DNA of 64,000 bases from Candidatus Falkowbacteria bacterium RIFOXYC2_FULL_36_12 (GCA_001778235.1 MFGJ01000008.1:129148-193147); one strand, 5' to 3'; shown: positions 1 through 10,117, counted from the first letter of the stretch. Numbers and translations: made by a program. Notes: a model not told the origin generated them from the sequence alone.

Positions 1-72
1 ACCGATGATTGTGTCTTCGGCTTGGTTGTTTTCATCTCTCATATAATTGTTTTCATTATCTTTTCCAAACAT
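1..72 (-). CDS. 5' end of an unknown gene running off the window (24 codons visible)
   Basis: The minus-strand ATG at 72..70 lies downstream of GGAGGG (rc of 86..91). The frame stays open to the window edge (MFGKDNENNYMRDENNQAEDTIIG). Confidence 0.25.
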   Translation of the reverse strand, partial: MFGKDNENNYMRDENNQAEDTIIG

Positions 73-104
73 ATCATTTAATTTCTCCCTCCAATTTATT
101 AAAA

Positions 105-1853
105 TTACATTTCTTTTATAGCTTCTATATTAAGCAATTCTAAACCCTTTAGCAAGACCTGACTAACTTTCTTTAATAACATTAATCTTGCTTGTTTAAC
201 ATCGTTTTCAGCTTTCAATACTTGATGTTTATGATAAAACCCATTAAATTTCTGGGCTAACTCAATTAAATAGGTACACAAATATGAACCTTGATATTTT
301 TCAGCCGATACCACAATACTTTCCTCAAACAAACTTAGATGCTTTATCAAACTTTGTTCTTCAACTTCCTTCAAAACTGTAAAATCAATATTTTCTTTGT
401 TTTTTTCTTTTTTCAAAATTGAATTTATGCGCGCAACTGTATAAAGTAAATAAGGACCAGTCGAACCCTCAATGGACATAGCCTTTTCCATATCAAAAAC
501 AATTACAGTATTATTCTCGTATTTCAGCATCCAGAATTTCAAGGCAGCTAAAGCAATTTTTTCTGCCGTTGAATCAATTTTCTTAACCGACCAATCAGAG
601 TGTCTCTGCGCAGTCTCATTTATCAGCCTCTTCTTCATTTCTCCAAACAATGACATAAAAGTTATTACATTCCCTTTTCTTGAGGCCATAGCTCCATCAG
701 GCAATGTTACAAAATCATATGCAACATGAATTTTTTCTTTATCTTCATATCCCAATAGATCCAACAATTTAAAAATTTGTTTCATGTACAAACTTTGCCT
801 ATTATCAACCAGATAAATCGATTTATCAATTCCAAATTCATCAAATTTCTTTTTCCCGAGTGGTAAATCTTTTGTCCCGTAGAGAACATTCCCATCAGAT
901 TTAATCAAAACCAATACATCCAGACCAAATTTTTTCAACTCTGCGATTATTGCCCCTTCACTCTCTTTTATTTCAGGGATTGTTTTATTTTTTACAATTT
1001 CATTAATCAATTTCTTGCCTTCAATTTCCTCTTCACTCTCAAAAAACCATTGATCAAATTTTACACCAAGTAAATCATATACAACCTGAAACCCATCCAT
1101 ACTCCACTCTTTTGTTTGTTGCCATAGCTTAACCATATCACTATCCTGATTCTCCAATTTTCTCTGAATTTCAGAAACTTCCTGACTCAACTCTGGATTT
1201 TCTTCTAATTTTTGGACCGCTTCAGCATACATTTGACCAAGAAACTCACCTTTACTTTTATTTTCAACAAGGTAATTTCCACTAGGAAACTTTTTTTGTA
1301 AAAACCACAAACATTTTGCCACATGCACTCCAGCATCACCAATATAGTTGGCTGCTATCACCTCATTACCTTGATATCGCAAAATATTAACCAGTGATGA
1401 CCCAAGGCAAGCATTTCGTAAATGTCCCACATGAAATTCCTTATGTGTATTTGGTTGTGAATACTCAACCATAACTTTACTCGCTATTCTCACTTTACTC
1501 GCTGTACTCGCTGTACTCGCTGTACTCACTTTTCCCGCTTTCAACACACTTTCATTCCATTTCCCGAGTTTTAACTGAAAATTCAAGTATGGCCCAGTAG
1601 CCTCAACCCTTTCCCAAAGATTACCTTTAATTTGAGTCAATTTTTTACTTAATTCACTGGCAAACTGTGCAGGATTTTGTTTTTTTTCTTTTGCTAGCTG
1701 AAAAACTGGCAAAGCAAATTGCCCCAATTCAATTTTTGGTGGATTAGCCAAAATATTTTCTTCAAACTCCGTATTCAAAATTTTATTTATCTCTTCAACC
1801 AATTGTTTTTTTATACCTTTCATATATTTATTATTAAAGTCACAATTCATCAC
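105..1853 (-). CDS. argS: arginyl-tRNA synthetase
   Basis: Class I HIGH motif (HVGHLRN) and overall ArgRS layout. The track start is GTG; the true ATG may be 1850 or 1823. Confidence 0.9.
   Translation of the reverse strand: MMNCDFNNKYMKGIKKQLVEEINKILNTEFEENILANPPKIELGQFALPVFQLAKEKKQNPAQFASELSKKLTQIKGNLWERVEATGPYLNFQLKLGKWNESVLKAGKVSTASTASTASKVRIASKVMVEYSQPNTHKEFHVGHLRNACLGSSLVNILRYQGNEVIAANYIGDAGVHVAKCLWFLQKKFPSGNYLVENKSKGEFLGQMYAEAVQKLEENPELSQEVSEIQRKLENQDSDMVKLWQQTKEWSMDGFQVVYDLLGVKFDQWFFESEEEIEGKKLINEIVKNKTIPEIKESEGAIIAELKKFGLDVLVLIKSDGNVLYGTKDLPLGKKKFDEFGIDKSIYLVDNRQSLYMKQIFKLLDLLGYEDKEKIHVAYDFVTLPDGAMASRKGNVITFMSLFGEMKKRLINETAQRHSDWSVKKIDSTAEKIALAALKFWMLKYENNTVIVFDMEKAMSIEGSTGPYLLYTVARINSILKKEKNKENIDFTVLKEVEEQSLIKHLSLFEESIVVSAEKYQGSYLCTYLIELAQKFNGFYHKHQVLKAENDVKQARLMLLKKVSQVLLKGLELLNIEAIKEM
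1477..1539. repeat. 9-bp periodic tandem repeat tract (TTACTCGCT/GTACTCGCT, about 7 units) in frame inside argS
   Basis: Direct reading: ...tttactcgct attctcact ttactcgct gtactcgct gtactcgct gtactcact tttcccgct. It is translated on the minus strand as ...STASTASTAS... Confidence 0.7.
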
Positions 1854-1872
1854 TAATTCTCAATCTTCATCA

Positions 1873-2370
1873 TTACTTCCTATATCTCAACCGATCCAGC
1901 TTCTCAATAATATTTTCTTCTTTTTGTAAAATCTGATGTTGTTGTTGCAGAATTTTATCTTCAATCTTTTGAGTTTCTCTGATTTTATCAAGGAAAACAT
2001 CTCCTTCCTTATCAAAATCTTGTTTTACGCTACGAAAATACGGACGCATAAAAAGCGAACTAATCAAGATTAATACTTGCACCACAAAAATTATAAATAA
2101 TATCACTACCAAACTAAATGTCACGAGAGAAATCATTCTTCCTACCAAAGTAATTGCTGACAAATCATCATTACCAAATTTAAAAATATTTTCCACAATA
2201 CGGAATGAATCATTTAGATCGCTGACTTCTGGGTTAATTTGATTTTCAACAATAAACAACAAAAAATTTGCTGATATTAATATAATAACAAAAAACAATC
2301 CCAAAAAACCCAATATCAACCATGATTTTCTTCTTTTTAATTTAGCCTCCATATTTTTTCCTATTGGCAC
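1873..2370 (-). CDS. hypothetical membrane protein (2 predicted TM helices, C-terminal coiled coil)
   Basis: Long hydrophobic stretches, then a charged heptad-like tail. It is wedged between tyrS and argS. Confidence 0.55.
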   Translation of the reverse strand: MPIGKNMEAKLKRRKSWLILGFLGLFFVIILISANFLLFIVENQINPEVSDLNDSFRIVENIFKFGNDDLSAITLVGRMISLVTFSLVVILFIIFVVQVLILISSLFMRPYFRSVKQDFDKEGDVFLDKIRETQKIEDKILQQQHQILQKEENIIEKLDRLRYRK

Positions 2371-2407
2371 TCTGAACCTACAACAAAGGTTTCAGGGGAT
2401 TTATAAA

Positions 2408-3601
2408 CTATTTTATTTTTACAAAATGCCTCTTACCCTTTTGGACAACATCACCGCTTTTAACTTCAAACTCAACCGAATTTATAATTTCATCATTTAT
2501 TTTAACTGCTTTTTGCTCTACCATTCTCTTTGCTTCAGATTTTGAAATTACAAGGCCTGTCTCAATCAAAACATCTACAATATTAAAATTTGAAACTGTT
2601 TTTTCCTCAATTTCATCTGGCCGTTCCTTCTTCTGAAACATTTGGACAAAATTTTCTTCAGCCTTATCAGCCCTATCTTCATCAAAATAAAACTCAACAA
2701 TTTCCTTGGCTAACTCAACTTTCAAATCTCTTGGATTTTCACCTTGTTTCAATCTTTCTTCAAATAATTTTAATTTAACCGATTCAACCATTGTACAAAG
2801 TTCAAACCCCGGAATAATCATGCCATCTGTCCAGCTCATTACCTTGCCAAACATATCATCAGGACTATCAGCCAAAGTAATCATGTTTCCTTCAGATTTT
2901 CCCATTTTTATTCCTGATGGATCTGTCAATAATTTATTAGTCAAAACAAATTTTTCCTTCATTCCAAGCGATTTCATCAAATCCCGACCAGCAAGCATAT
3001 TAAAAGTCTGATCATTACCACCGACTTCACCATCAACATCCATTGCAACTGAATCATAACCTTGCATCAGCGGATACAAAAATTCATGTAAACTAATCGG
3101 TTTACCCTCTTTCATTCTTTTCTGGTACATATCCCTCTCAAGAAACTGCTGGACCGTAAAATTTGAAGCCAAATCAATCACCTGCCGAAAATCAAGTTTA
3201 TCTAACCATTTATGATTAAACTTTATTTCAACTTTATTCTTACCAGTGAAATCAAGTATTTTTTCAGCTTGTTTTTTATAATTTTTAGCATTTATCAATA
3301 CTTGTTCTCGAGTCAAAGGCTTTCTAGTTGCAGATTTGTCAGTCGGGTCACCAATCATTGCAGTAAAACTACCAATTAAAATTATAACCTGATGCCCAAG
3401 CTGTTGAAACTCGCGAAGCTTCATAAAATTTATCGCGTGTCCCAAATGCAAATCAGTTCCGGTCGGGTCAATACCTAAATATAGAGTTAATCTTTGCCCA
3501 GACTTTAATCTTTTCTCTAAAAATTCTCTGCTCGGATAAATATTCTGCACGCCTCGAGTTAATAACTTTTCTATTTTCTGGGAATCTGTATCAATTTTCA
3601 T
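2408..3601 (-). CDS. tyrS: tyrosyl-tRNA synthetase
   Basis: HLGH (HIGH) and KMGKS (KMSKS) motifs with a C-terminal S4-like domain. The ATG at 3601 was verified. Confidence 0.9.
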   Translation of the reverse strand: MKIDTDSQKIEKLLTRGVQNIYPSREFLEKRLKSGQRLTLYLGIDPTGTDLHLGHAINFMKLREFQQLGHQVIILIGSFTAMIGDPTDKSATRKPLTREQVLINAKNYKKQAEKILDFTGKNKVEIKFNHKWLDKLDFRQVIDLASNFTVQQFLERDMYQKRMKEGKPISLHEFLYPLMQGYDSVAMDVDGEVGGNDQTFNMLAGRDLMKSLGMKEKFVLTNKLLTDPSGIKMGKSEGNMITLADSPDDMFGKVMSWTDGMIIPGFELCTMVESVKLKLFEERLKQGENPRDLKVELAKEIVEFYFDEDRADKAEENFVQMFQKKERPDEIEEKTVSNFNIVDVLIETGLVISKSEAKRMVEQKAVKINDEIINSVEFEVKSGDVVQKGKRHFVKIK

Positions 3602-3612
3602 ATAATTTATTT

Positions 3613-6600
3613 TTATTCTAATTCTTCTAATTGATTTTGTAATTTTTCTATCTTTTCTTTTGCTTCATTAAATTTCCTTTGTTCTTCAGCCACCACCAGT
3701 TCAGGAGCATTTTTCATAAATTCTTCATTTCCCAATTTTTTCTCCAAACCTAATACATATTTTTTACTGTTATCAATCTCACTCTTCAGTCGTTCAATTT
3801 CCTTATCAATATCAAGCAATTCAGCCAAAGGCAAATAAATTTCCACATCTGAAACAATCGCGGTCGCAGATTTCTCTGGTTTTTCAATTACCAGTTCAAT
3901 TTTTTCTAAACGGGCTAAGCTCATGATTATGCCAAATTGACTTTGCAATCTCTCTCCAGCTTTTATTTGAATCTTTATTTTTTTCGCCGGATCAATTTTG
4001 TATTCAGAACGCATATTTCTTATTTTCCCAATCACAACCTGCAGTTGTTCAAACTCTTTCACTCCCTCTTTATCAATCATTTTCTTATCAAATTGTGGAA
4101 ATTTACTTACCATCAACTCTTGTTCTGAACCTAAATTTTGCCAAATTGCTTCAGTCACAAAAGGCATGAACGGATGCCACATTTTGAGCAAATTTTTCAA
4201 TATATGAATCAAAACCACATCTTTGTCATTTTCAACCTTAGCAATTTCCAAATACCAATCAGCCAAATCATTCCAAGTAAATTCTTTTAATAAATCTCCC
4301 GCACCTGAAAAATTATACTCATCAAGCATTTTTGTTACATCCTGAATCAAAGTATTAAATTTTGACAATATCCATCTATCACTCAAACTAACATTTTTAT
4401 TCAATTCAAATTTTGAGTCTCTTTTTTCAGGATTCAATGTCATCAAAATATACCTAGAAATATTCCAAAGTTTATTAACAAAATTTCTATATCCTTCAAT
4501 TTTTTCATCATAAAGTCTAATATCATTACCAGCCGTATTACCAATAAGCAAACTCAATCTTACCGCATCAAATCCATACTTATCTCCAGCCTGAAGCGGA
4601 TCAATTGCTGTTTCAGGTTTTGATTTTGACATTTTATCTCCATTTTTATCTCGAACCAATCCGTGCAAATACACATTTTCAAATGGAACCTCTCCCTTTA
4701 CATAGGTTGTCATCAAAATCATTCTAGCCACCCAGAAAAATAAAATATCATAACCAGTCTCCATCACAGTTGTTGGATGAAATCTTTTCATGTCTTTACC
4801 CTCAAATTTTTTCCCATTCCAATCTTCGGGCAACAAAGTTGAAAAAGTCCAAAGACCTGAACTGAACCAAGTATCTAGAGTATCTGAATCCTGATAAATA
4901 TTTTCCAATCCATTCGGAGACTCTACATTGGTTAATTTTATTTTTATATTTTCACCTGTTTCAGGATAACCAAGTTTAAAAATTTCTTCATCAGTTAAAT
5001 TTTTGTGCATCCCTTGAGCCATTCTAAGCACATCTCCATGGCTAACAACCAACACCTTTTTCCCTGAATATTTTTTCAATATATCTGTTAAACAACTGAA
5101 AACTCGCTTTTTTTGGTGCAGAAAAGATTCAATTCCCTTTGGGCTATCATTTCTCCAAGCTTCAAAATCAGCTTCGCGAAAATGGACAAAATCTCCTACC
5201 GACTTGCCTTCAAACTCACCAACACCCACTTCCCTCAATCTTTCATCAAATATTACTTTTAATTTTAATTCTTTATTTAATATTCCAACTGTTTCTTTTG
5301 TCCGACTAAAATCAGAAGCATAAATAATATCAAACTTTTCATTTTTTAATTTTTCAGCCATTATTTTAATTTGCTTCTTACCTGTTCCAGTCAAACCATT
5401 TTCCAGATTATCAATATCTGAACTCAAAACTCCTTTTTCATTTGTCTTAGCTTCTCCATGTCTCTGCAAAACAATTTCAGTCGGCTTGGCATCAGAAATA
5501 ATCGGCTGTTTTAAATCCTTGTCATACCAAACAGGAATTTGGTGTCCAAACCAAATCTGACGGGAAATACACCAATTATGTAAATTTTCCATCCAATGAA
5601 AATAAACCTTTTCAAATCTTTCTGGAATTATATTAATTTCTTTGTCTTTTACTACCTTGATTGCCACTTGTTTCAAGCTTGCTCCATTACTGAAATATTT
5701 ATTACCTTTTTTTGTGATTTTTTTATTGACATCAATAAACCATTGATCAGAAATTAATGGCTCAATCACTGTTTTACATCTATAACAGACAGATATTTTA
5801 TTATCATAATCATCATCAATCTTCTCAATCAACCCCATAGCCTTCATATCCTTTACTATTGATTCTCTCGCTTCCAAACTTGTCATCCCAACATATTTCC
5901 CACAATTAGCCATCATCCGACCATCTTCATCAATAATTTGCTTGATAGGTAATTCATTTCGCTCGGCAATCTCATAATCAACCAAACTATGCGCTGGAGT
6001 CACTTTTACCGCTCCTGTTCCGAATTCTGGGTCTACAGCCTCATCTGCAACTACAGTTATCTCAAACTCACCCAAAACACCTGGGATCATATACTTTTTA
6101 CCAATCATCGATTTATACCTTTTATCCTTTGGATTTACCGCTACGGCTGTATCACCAAGTTTTGTTTCTGGTCTAGTTGTTGCCAAAACAAACGGACCAT
6201 ATTTAAGCCAATACAACTTACTTTTAGTTTCTTTATATTCTATTTCATCATCTGCCAGAGTCGTATGACACCGCGGACACCAATTTACAATCCTATTGCC
6301 CCTGATTACAAGACCATCATCATACATCATTTTGAAAACTTTTCGCACCGCCATACTACGAACATCATCTAGGGTATATGTTTCTCTACTCCAATCTACA
6401 CTTGAACCCATTTTTCTAGTCTGATTGGTAATTGTTTTCTTGCTCTGACTTACAAAATCCTCAACTTTATTCAAAAAAGCTTCTCTACCTAAATCATGTC
6501 TGGTTTTTCCTTCGTCATTGAATATTTTCTTCTCCACAACATTCTGTGTTGCGATCGCCGCATGATCAAAGCCTGGCAACCAAAGAGTATCAAAACCCTG

Positions 6601-6816
6601 CATTCTTTTGTATCGAATCATCAAATCTTCAATCGCCAACATTGCCGCATGTCCTAAATGCAAAGAACCTGTCACATTTGGTGGTGGCAGTACAATTGAA
6701 AAAGCCTTACCTTTATTATTAATTGTATCAGGATTAAAAAATTTCTTTTCTTCCCAATTATTGTAAATTTTTTCCTCAAAATCTTTTGGGCAATAAGCTT
6801 TTGGCAATTCTTTCAT
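3613..6816 (-). CDS. valS: valyl-tRNA synthetase with an internal histidine-phosphatase (PGAM-like) domain insertion
   Basis: PPPNVTGSLHLGHA, WCISRQIWFGHQIP, DTWFSSGLW and KMSKS motifs are present. The protein is 1067 aa with about 195 extra residues between the PVWY and DTLDTWFSS blocks. Confidence 0.9.
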   Translation of the reverse strand: MKELPKAYCPKDFEEKIYNNWEEKKFFNPDTINNKGKAFSIVLPPPNVTGSLHLGHAAMLAIEDLMIRYKRMQGFDTLWLPGFDHAAIATQNVVEKKIFNDEGKTRHDLGREAFLNKVEDFVSQSKKTITNQTRKMGSSVDWSRETYTLDDVRSMAVRKVFKMMYDDGLVIRGNRIVNWCPRCHTTLADDEIEYKETKSKLYWLKYGPFVLATTRPETKLGDTAVAVNPKDKRYKSMIGKKYMIPGVLGEFEITVVADEAVDPEFGTGAVKVTPAHSLVDYEIAERNELPIKQIIDEDGRMMANCGKYVGMTSLEARESIVKDMKAMGLIEKIDDDYDNKISVCYRCKTVIEPLISDQWFIDVNKKITKKGNKYFSNGASLKQVAIKVVKDKEINIIPERFEKVYFHWMENLHNWCISRQIWFGHQIPVWYDKDLKQPIISDAKPTEIVLQRHGEAKTNEKGVLSSDIDNLENGLTGTGKKQIKIMAEKLKNEKFDIIYASDFSRTKETVGILNKELKLKVIFDERLREVGVGEFEGKSVGDFVHFREADFEAWRNDSPKGIESFLHQKKRVFSCLTDILKKYSGKKVLVVSHGDVLRMAQGMHKNLTDEEIFKLGYPETGENIKIKLTNVESPNGLENIYQDSDTLDTWFSSGLWTFSTLLPEDWNGKKFEGKDMKRFHPTTVMETGYDILFFWVARMILMTTYVKGEVPFENVYLHGLVRDKNGDKMSKSKPETAIDPLQAGDKYGFDAVRLSLLIGNTAGNDIRLYDEKIEGYRNFVNKLWNISRYILMTLNPEKRDSKFELNKNVSLSDRWILSKFNTLIQDVTKMLDEYNFSGAGDLLKEFTWNDLADWYLEIAKVENDKDVVLIHILKNLLKMWHPFMPFVTEAIWQNLGSEQELMVSKFPQFDKKMIDKEGVKEFEQLQVVIGKIRNMRSEYKIDPAKKIKIQIKAGERLQSQFGIIMSLARLEKIELVIEKPEKSATAIVSDVEIYLPLAELLDIDKEIERLKSEIDNSKKYVLGLEKKLGNEEFMKNAPELVVAEEQRKFNEAKEKIEKLQNQLEELE

Positions 6817-6987
6817 AAATATAAATCAATTATTACGAACAAAAATTCGCAAAATTTATTTTCTAGATTTAATTGTATTTACTCTTAAATTCTAACATTA
6901 TTTTATCCTAAATTCAACAAAAACTCTCAATAAATTAGCCAACATTGACTTTTATCCCCAAAAATTGCCAGAACACTAAAATTTCTA

Positions 6988-7016
6988 TTGACACCACCTT
7001 GAAAATCCCTTATGAT
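6988..7016 (+). promoter_or_regulatory. sigma70-like promoter (TTGACA-17 bp-TATGAT)
   Basis: Exact -35 hexamer at 6988..6993 and -10 at 7011..7016, about 70 nt upstream of the 7089 CDS. Confidence 0.5.
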
Positions 7017-7088
7017 TTCTAATTACTAGCACAAAAACAACCAACCAAGTATAGTCTCCAATTTTTAATATCTAATCAATCAACCTTC

Positions 7089-8210
7089 ATGTCACTAACC
7101 GAAACACAACAAATTTACGAAGCTCTAAAAAATAGCCAAAACGCACTAATCACTTTCTCACCCAATGCCAATGGTGATGCCGTCGCTTCTAGTTTGGCCT
7201 TATCTCTTTTATTAAAAAAAATGAACAAAAATCATGAGATAGTCAGTAATAATTTTTCAGCCTATGATTTATACCATTTTTTACCAAATATAACTTCTAT
7301 AAAAAGTACTCTGACGGGTTTACGAAAATTTTTGTTAAAATTAAATTTACAATCAAATGAGTTAAACAAAATGAATCACTTTATTGAAGACTCATTTCTC
7401 CATATTGAACTCGAACCAAAATCTGGCATATTTTCAGAATCAGATCTTCATTTATCTCATTCAAAGTATAAATATGATTTGATTATTACCATCAGTACCC
7501 CTGATCTCGAATCCCTTGAACAAATATTTGAACACCATACTGATTTCTTCTACCAAACACCAATATTAAACATTGACCATTCTACTGACAATGAATATTT
7601 TGGTCACTACAATTATGTCAATGTAACCGCTTCATCAGCTTCAGAAATATTATATGATTTAATTAATAATATTGATAAAAATTTAGTTGATGAACCTATT
7701 GCTACCTGCCTTTTGACAGGAATGATCCTAAAAACTCAAAGTTTCCGAACCACCAAAGTTACTCCAAAAAGCTTAAACATTGCAGGAGATCTAATAGCTA
7801 CCGGAGCAGATAGGGCAAATATCATTCGTAATCTCTACCAAACAAAATCTCTAAATACTCTAAAACTTTGGGGCAAACTGCTTCAAAAACTTGAACTTAA
7901 TCAATCAAAACAAATTGCTATTTCTCATCTTACGCTTGATGATTTCAAACAAACAAAAAGCACTCCCGAACAAATCCCAGGAGTGATTGAAGAATTGATT
8001 ACCAATATTCCTACTATCAAGTTAACAGTTATTTTTTATGAAACACAAAACTCTCTTTCAGTCCTTATAAAATCTGAAAATGATCTAAATCTCTTGGAAA
8101 AACTTTATTTATTCAACCCAAAAGGTAATAAAAACATGGTAAAAATCAAACTTGGACCAGCAGATAAAATCAAACTACTCGAGAAACTATACACTATAAT
8201 AACCAAGTAA
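7089..8210 (+). CDS. DHH/DHHA1-family (NrnA-like) phosphoesterase homologue with substituted catalytic motifs
   Basis: The NANGDAVASS motif resembles DHH motif I (GDAxGS). IDHST sits where DHH is expected, with His replaced by Ser. Confidence 0.45.
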   Translation: MSLTETQQIYEALKNSQNALITFSPNANGDAVASSLALSLLLKKMNKNHEIVSNNFSAYDLYHFLPNITSIKSTLTGLRKFLLKLNLQSNELNKMNHFIEDSFLHIELEPKSGIFSESDLHLSHSKYKYDLIITISTPDLESLEQIFEHHTDFFYQTPILNIDHSTDNEYFGHYNYVNVTASSASEILYDLINNIDKNLVDEPIATCLLTGMILKTQSFRTTKVTPKSLNIAGDLIATGADRANIIRNLYQTKSLNTLKLWGKLLQKLELNQSKQIAISHLTLDDFKQTKSTPEQIPGVIEELITNIPTIKLTVIFYETQNSLSVLIKSENDLNLLEKLYLFNPKGNKNMVKIKLGPADKIKLLEKLYTIITK

Positions 8211-8348
8211 ATACTACTTCACAAACCCATTTTTTTATGCTATTATAGCTTTAGTTTCCTAATTCAAGGTTACTTGAGACATAGAATAACTCAATCACAC
8301 ATTCACACTTTACTTGCATTTCTCGCTTTGTTCTTATCTCGCTTTTTC

Positions 8349-8425
8349 GGGCCTGTAGCTCAGTTGGTTAGAGCACCACTCTTATAAAGTGGGGGTCATG
8401 GGTTCAAGTCCCATCAGGCCTACCA
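8349..8425 (+). tRNA. tRNA-Ile, anticodon UAU
   Basis: Cloverleaf folded by hand: 7-bp acceptor stem, anticodon stem ccact/agtgg, loop cttataa, TTCAAGT T-loop, 3' CCA encoded. Close to E. coli tRNA-Ile except for the anticodon. Confidence 0.8.
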
Positions 8426-8426
8426 T

Positions 8427-8503
8427 GGGCAATTAGCTCAGTTGGTTAGAGCGCATCATTGACGTTGATGAGGTCAGAAGTTCGACTCTTCTATTGCCCA
8501 CCA
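8427..8503 (+). tRNA. tRNA-Val, anticodon GAC
   Basis: Acceptor gggcaat/attgccc, anticodon loop ttGACgt, T-arm agaag-ttcgact-cttct, encoded CCA. Confidence 0.85.
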
Positions 8504-8560
8504 CATACCGTCTTGTATGTGGTCCACATCGAAAAATGCATTTATATGTATTTTTTATTT

Positions 8561-8590
8561 TAAAATAAAAGCACCACCATATAGGTGGTG
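8561..8590 (-). terminator. Rho-independent terminator-like hairpin (caccacc-atata-ggtggtg) with a T-run on the minus strand
   Basis: 7-bp perfect stem at 8572..8590. On the minus strand it is followed by ttttattttaaaa. Confidence 0.4.
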
Positions 8591-8891
8591 GGCAGGGGTA
8601 GTCTTTAGGTACGATCATGGTAAAAAATATTACCAATCAATTGAACCATGTCAATCAGATTTTGCCAATTCGCCCCACTAAAAAAGATTACTCTTTACAT
8701 AGATAATTGGTCGATAAATCAACATTATCATTGTCCAACCATAAAATGGATAAGCTTAGCATATTAATTATATGAATTTTAACTTGAATTGTCAAATTAA
8801 ATCCTTTATTTGTAGATTTGTGGTAAATTTGCAATTTGTGGACAATACTTTTTTCTTTAAAAACAAAAAAGAGTCTGCTTATTAACAAACT

Positions 8892-9155
8892 CTAACAACT
8901 TTTCTTCAAAACCGCCATTGTCACATTTGAATCAAGATAATAATCATGCAGATTGAAATAGTGAATTTGACCGATATTATCAACTGCTTTAATTCCAAAT
9001 TTCTTCAAATCAAATGCTCTAAATGAAATATAATCATCAAATCCAACTCCAATCACTCTCATCAATGAATCTTCAGCAATCACATTCAACCAGAAAATTT
9101 TTCCAATATAGAAAACTTCATTCAAACTCACTTCAGCATCTCTTCGTCCATCCAT
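8892..9155 (-). CDS. hypothetical protein (87 aa from the ATG at 9155)
   Basis: The ORF track start is TTG. An internal ATG is preceded by AGGAAGGAG at good spacing. Confidence 0.45.
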   Translation of the reverse strand: MDGRRDAEVSLNEVFYIGKIFWLNVIAEDSLMRVIGVGFDDYISFRAFDLKKFGIKAVDNIGQIHYFNLHDYYLDSNVTMAVLKKSC

Positions 9156-9186
9156 GATTTGCTCCTTCCTCGAAGGCAAGCTTGAT

Positions 9187-10077
9187 CTACCTCAAATTAA
9201 CTTGCTCCCACCCACTATCCTTTTTTTCATACAACCGAATATAACTATCTGTCTTCTTTGTCCTCATACTCTGACGCAATAGCATCTGGGCTTGGTATAA
9301 TTCAGGGAAAACTTCTTCCTTGATTTCTAGTCGCAGGAAAAGAGCAAAGCTCTGTCCGACACTAAAATGAGTCTTTTCCACAAAAATATCTCTTGTCATA
9401 TCAAACATTTCTCTAGTTAATTCATCCATTTCTAGTCTTTCAGAAAATCCATCAAAGAACCCCACAATCAGTTGCTGAGCACGCTCTGCCAAATCAGGTT
9501 GAACCATAGTAATACTATTTACCATTGCCACGACCTTACGTTTTCCATCACTCGATTCAAATGTGATCTGCCTACGCAGTGTGCCATCATCATTCAGTAA
9601 ATGAGGATAAATATGCCGACTCAAATAATTATTTCTAGCCTCCAGAGCTTTTATCACTGCATCATTGAGTTCAAACACAATCGCGATAATTTCATCTTGA
9701 GCTTCTTGTTGCGCTTTAACCTTAGCCACCAATTCAGCCTGTCTTATTCGGAGCTCCTGTAGTCTTTCTTCTTCTTGCCGAATCTTATTTCTAGCCTCAT
9801 CTCGCTCCTTGGTTAATTCTTTGTTTAAATCAGCAAATCTCTTAAAAATATCAGCAATTCTCTTTGATTTCGATTTGAGTTTCTTTGAACCCTTTTTACG
9901 ATCTTCCAATCTTTGTTCCATTTCTCCCAAAACATCAACCGTATCCAAAGATGTGCTTACGAATTCACGAAACTTTTTAACCCAAGATTTTCTAACTTCC
10001 TCTTCCTTTTTACGCAACTTTTTCAAATTTTGTTCAACAACAGCAATCGCTTTCTTTACTTGCTTCAATGCTTCCAT
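9187..10077 (-). CDS. hypothetical coiled-coil protein (297 aa from the ATG at 10077)
   Basis: N-terminal K/E/R-rich heptad region and a C-terminal globular part. AGGAGG lies 6 nt upstream of the ATG at 10077. The upstream 26 codons of the track ORF are likely 5'UTR. Confidence 0.55.
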   Translation of the reverse strand: MEALKQVKKAIAVVEQNLKKLRKKEEEVRKSWVKKFREFVSTSLDTVDVLGEMEQRLEDRKKGSKKLKSKSKRIADIFKRFADLNKELTKERDEARNKIRQEEERLQELRIRQAELVAKVKAQQEAQDEIIAIVFELNDAVIKALEARNNYLSRHIYPHLLNDDGTLRRQITFESSDGKRKVVAMVNSITMVQPDLAERAQQLIVGFFDGFSERLEMDELTREMFDMTRDIFVEKTHFSVGQSFALFLRLEIKEEVFPELYQAQMLLRQSMRTKKTDSYIRLYEKKDSGWEQVNLR

Positions 10078-10117
10078 TTCCTTCCTCCTGTCTCCTTGGC
10101 AAAGAACATAACAAACA

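Noticed and set aside
6817-6987. Looked for a T-box leader (conserved ...GGTGG-ACCGCG...) upstream of the valS-tyrS-argS operon
   Set aside because: No T-box or specifier-loop-like sequence was found on the minus strand in the 170-nt leader, only AT-rich promoter-like sequence.
8500-8521. Hairpin ccacatac-cgtctt-gtatgtgg immediately after tRNA-Val as a plus-strand terminator
   Set aside because: The stem is good, but no T-run follows on the plus strand. It may aid tRNA 3' processing, so it is not called a terminator.
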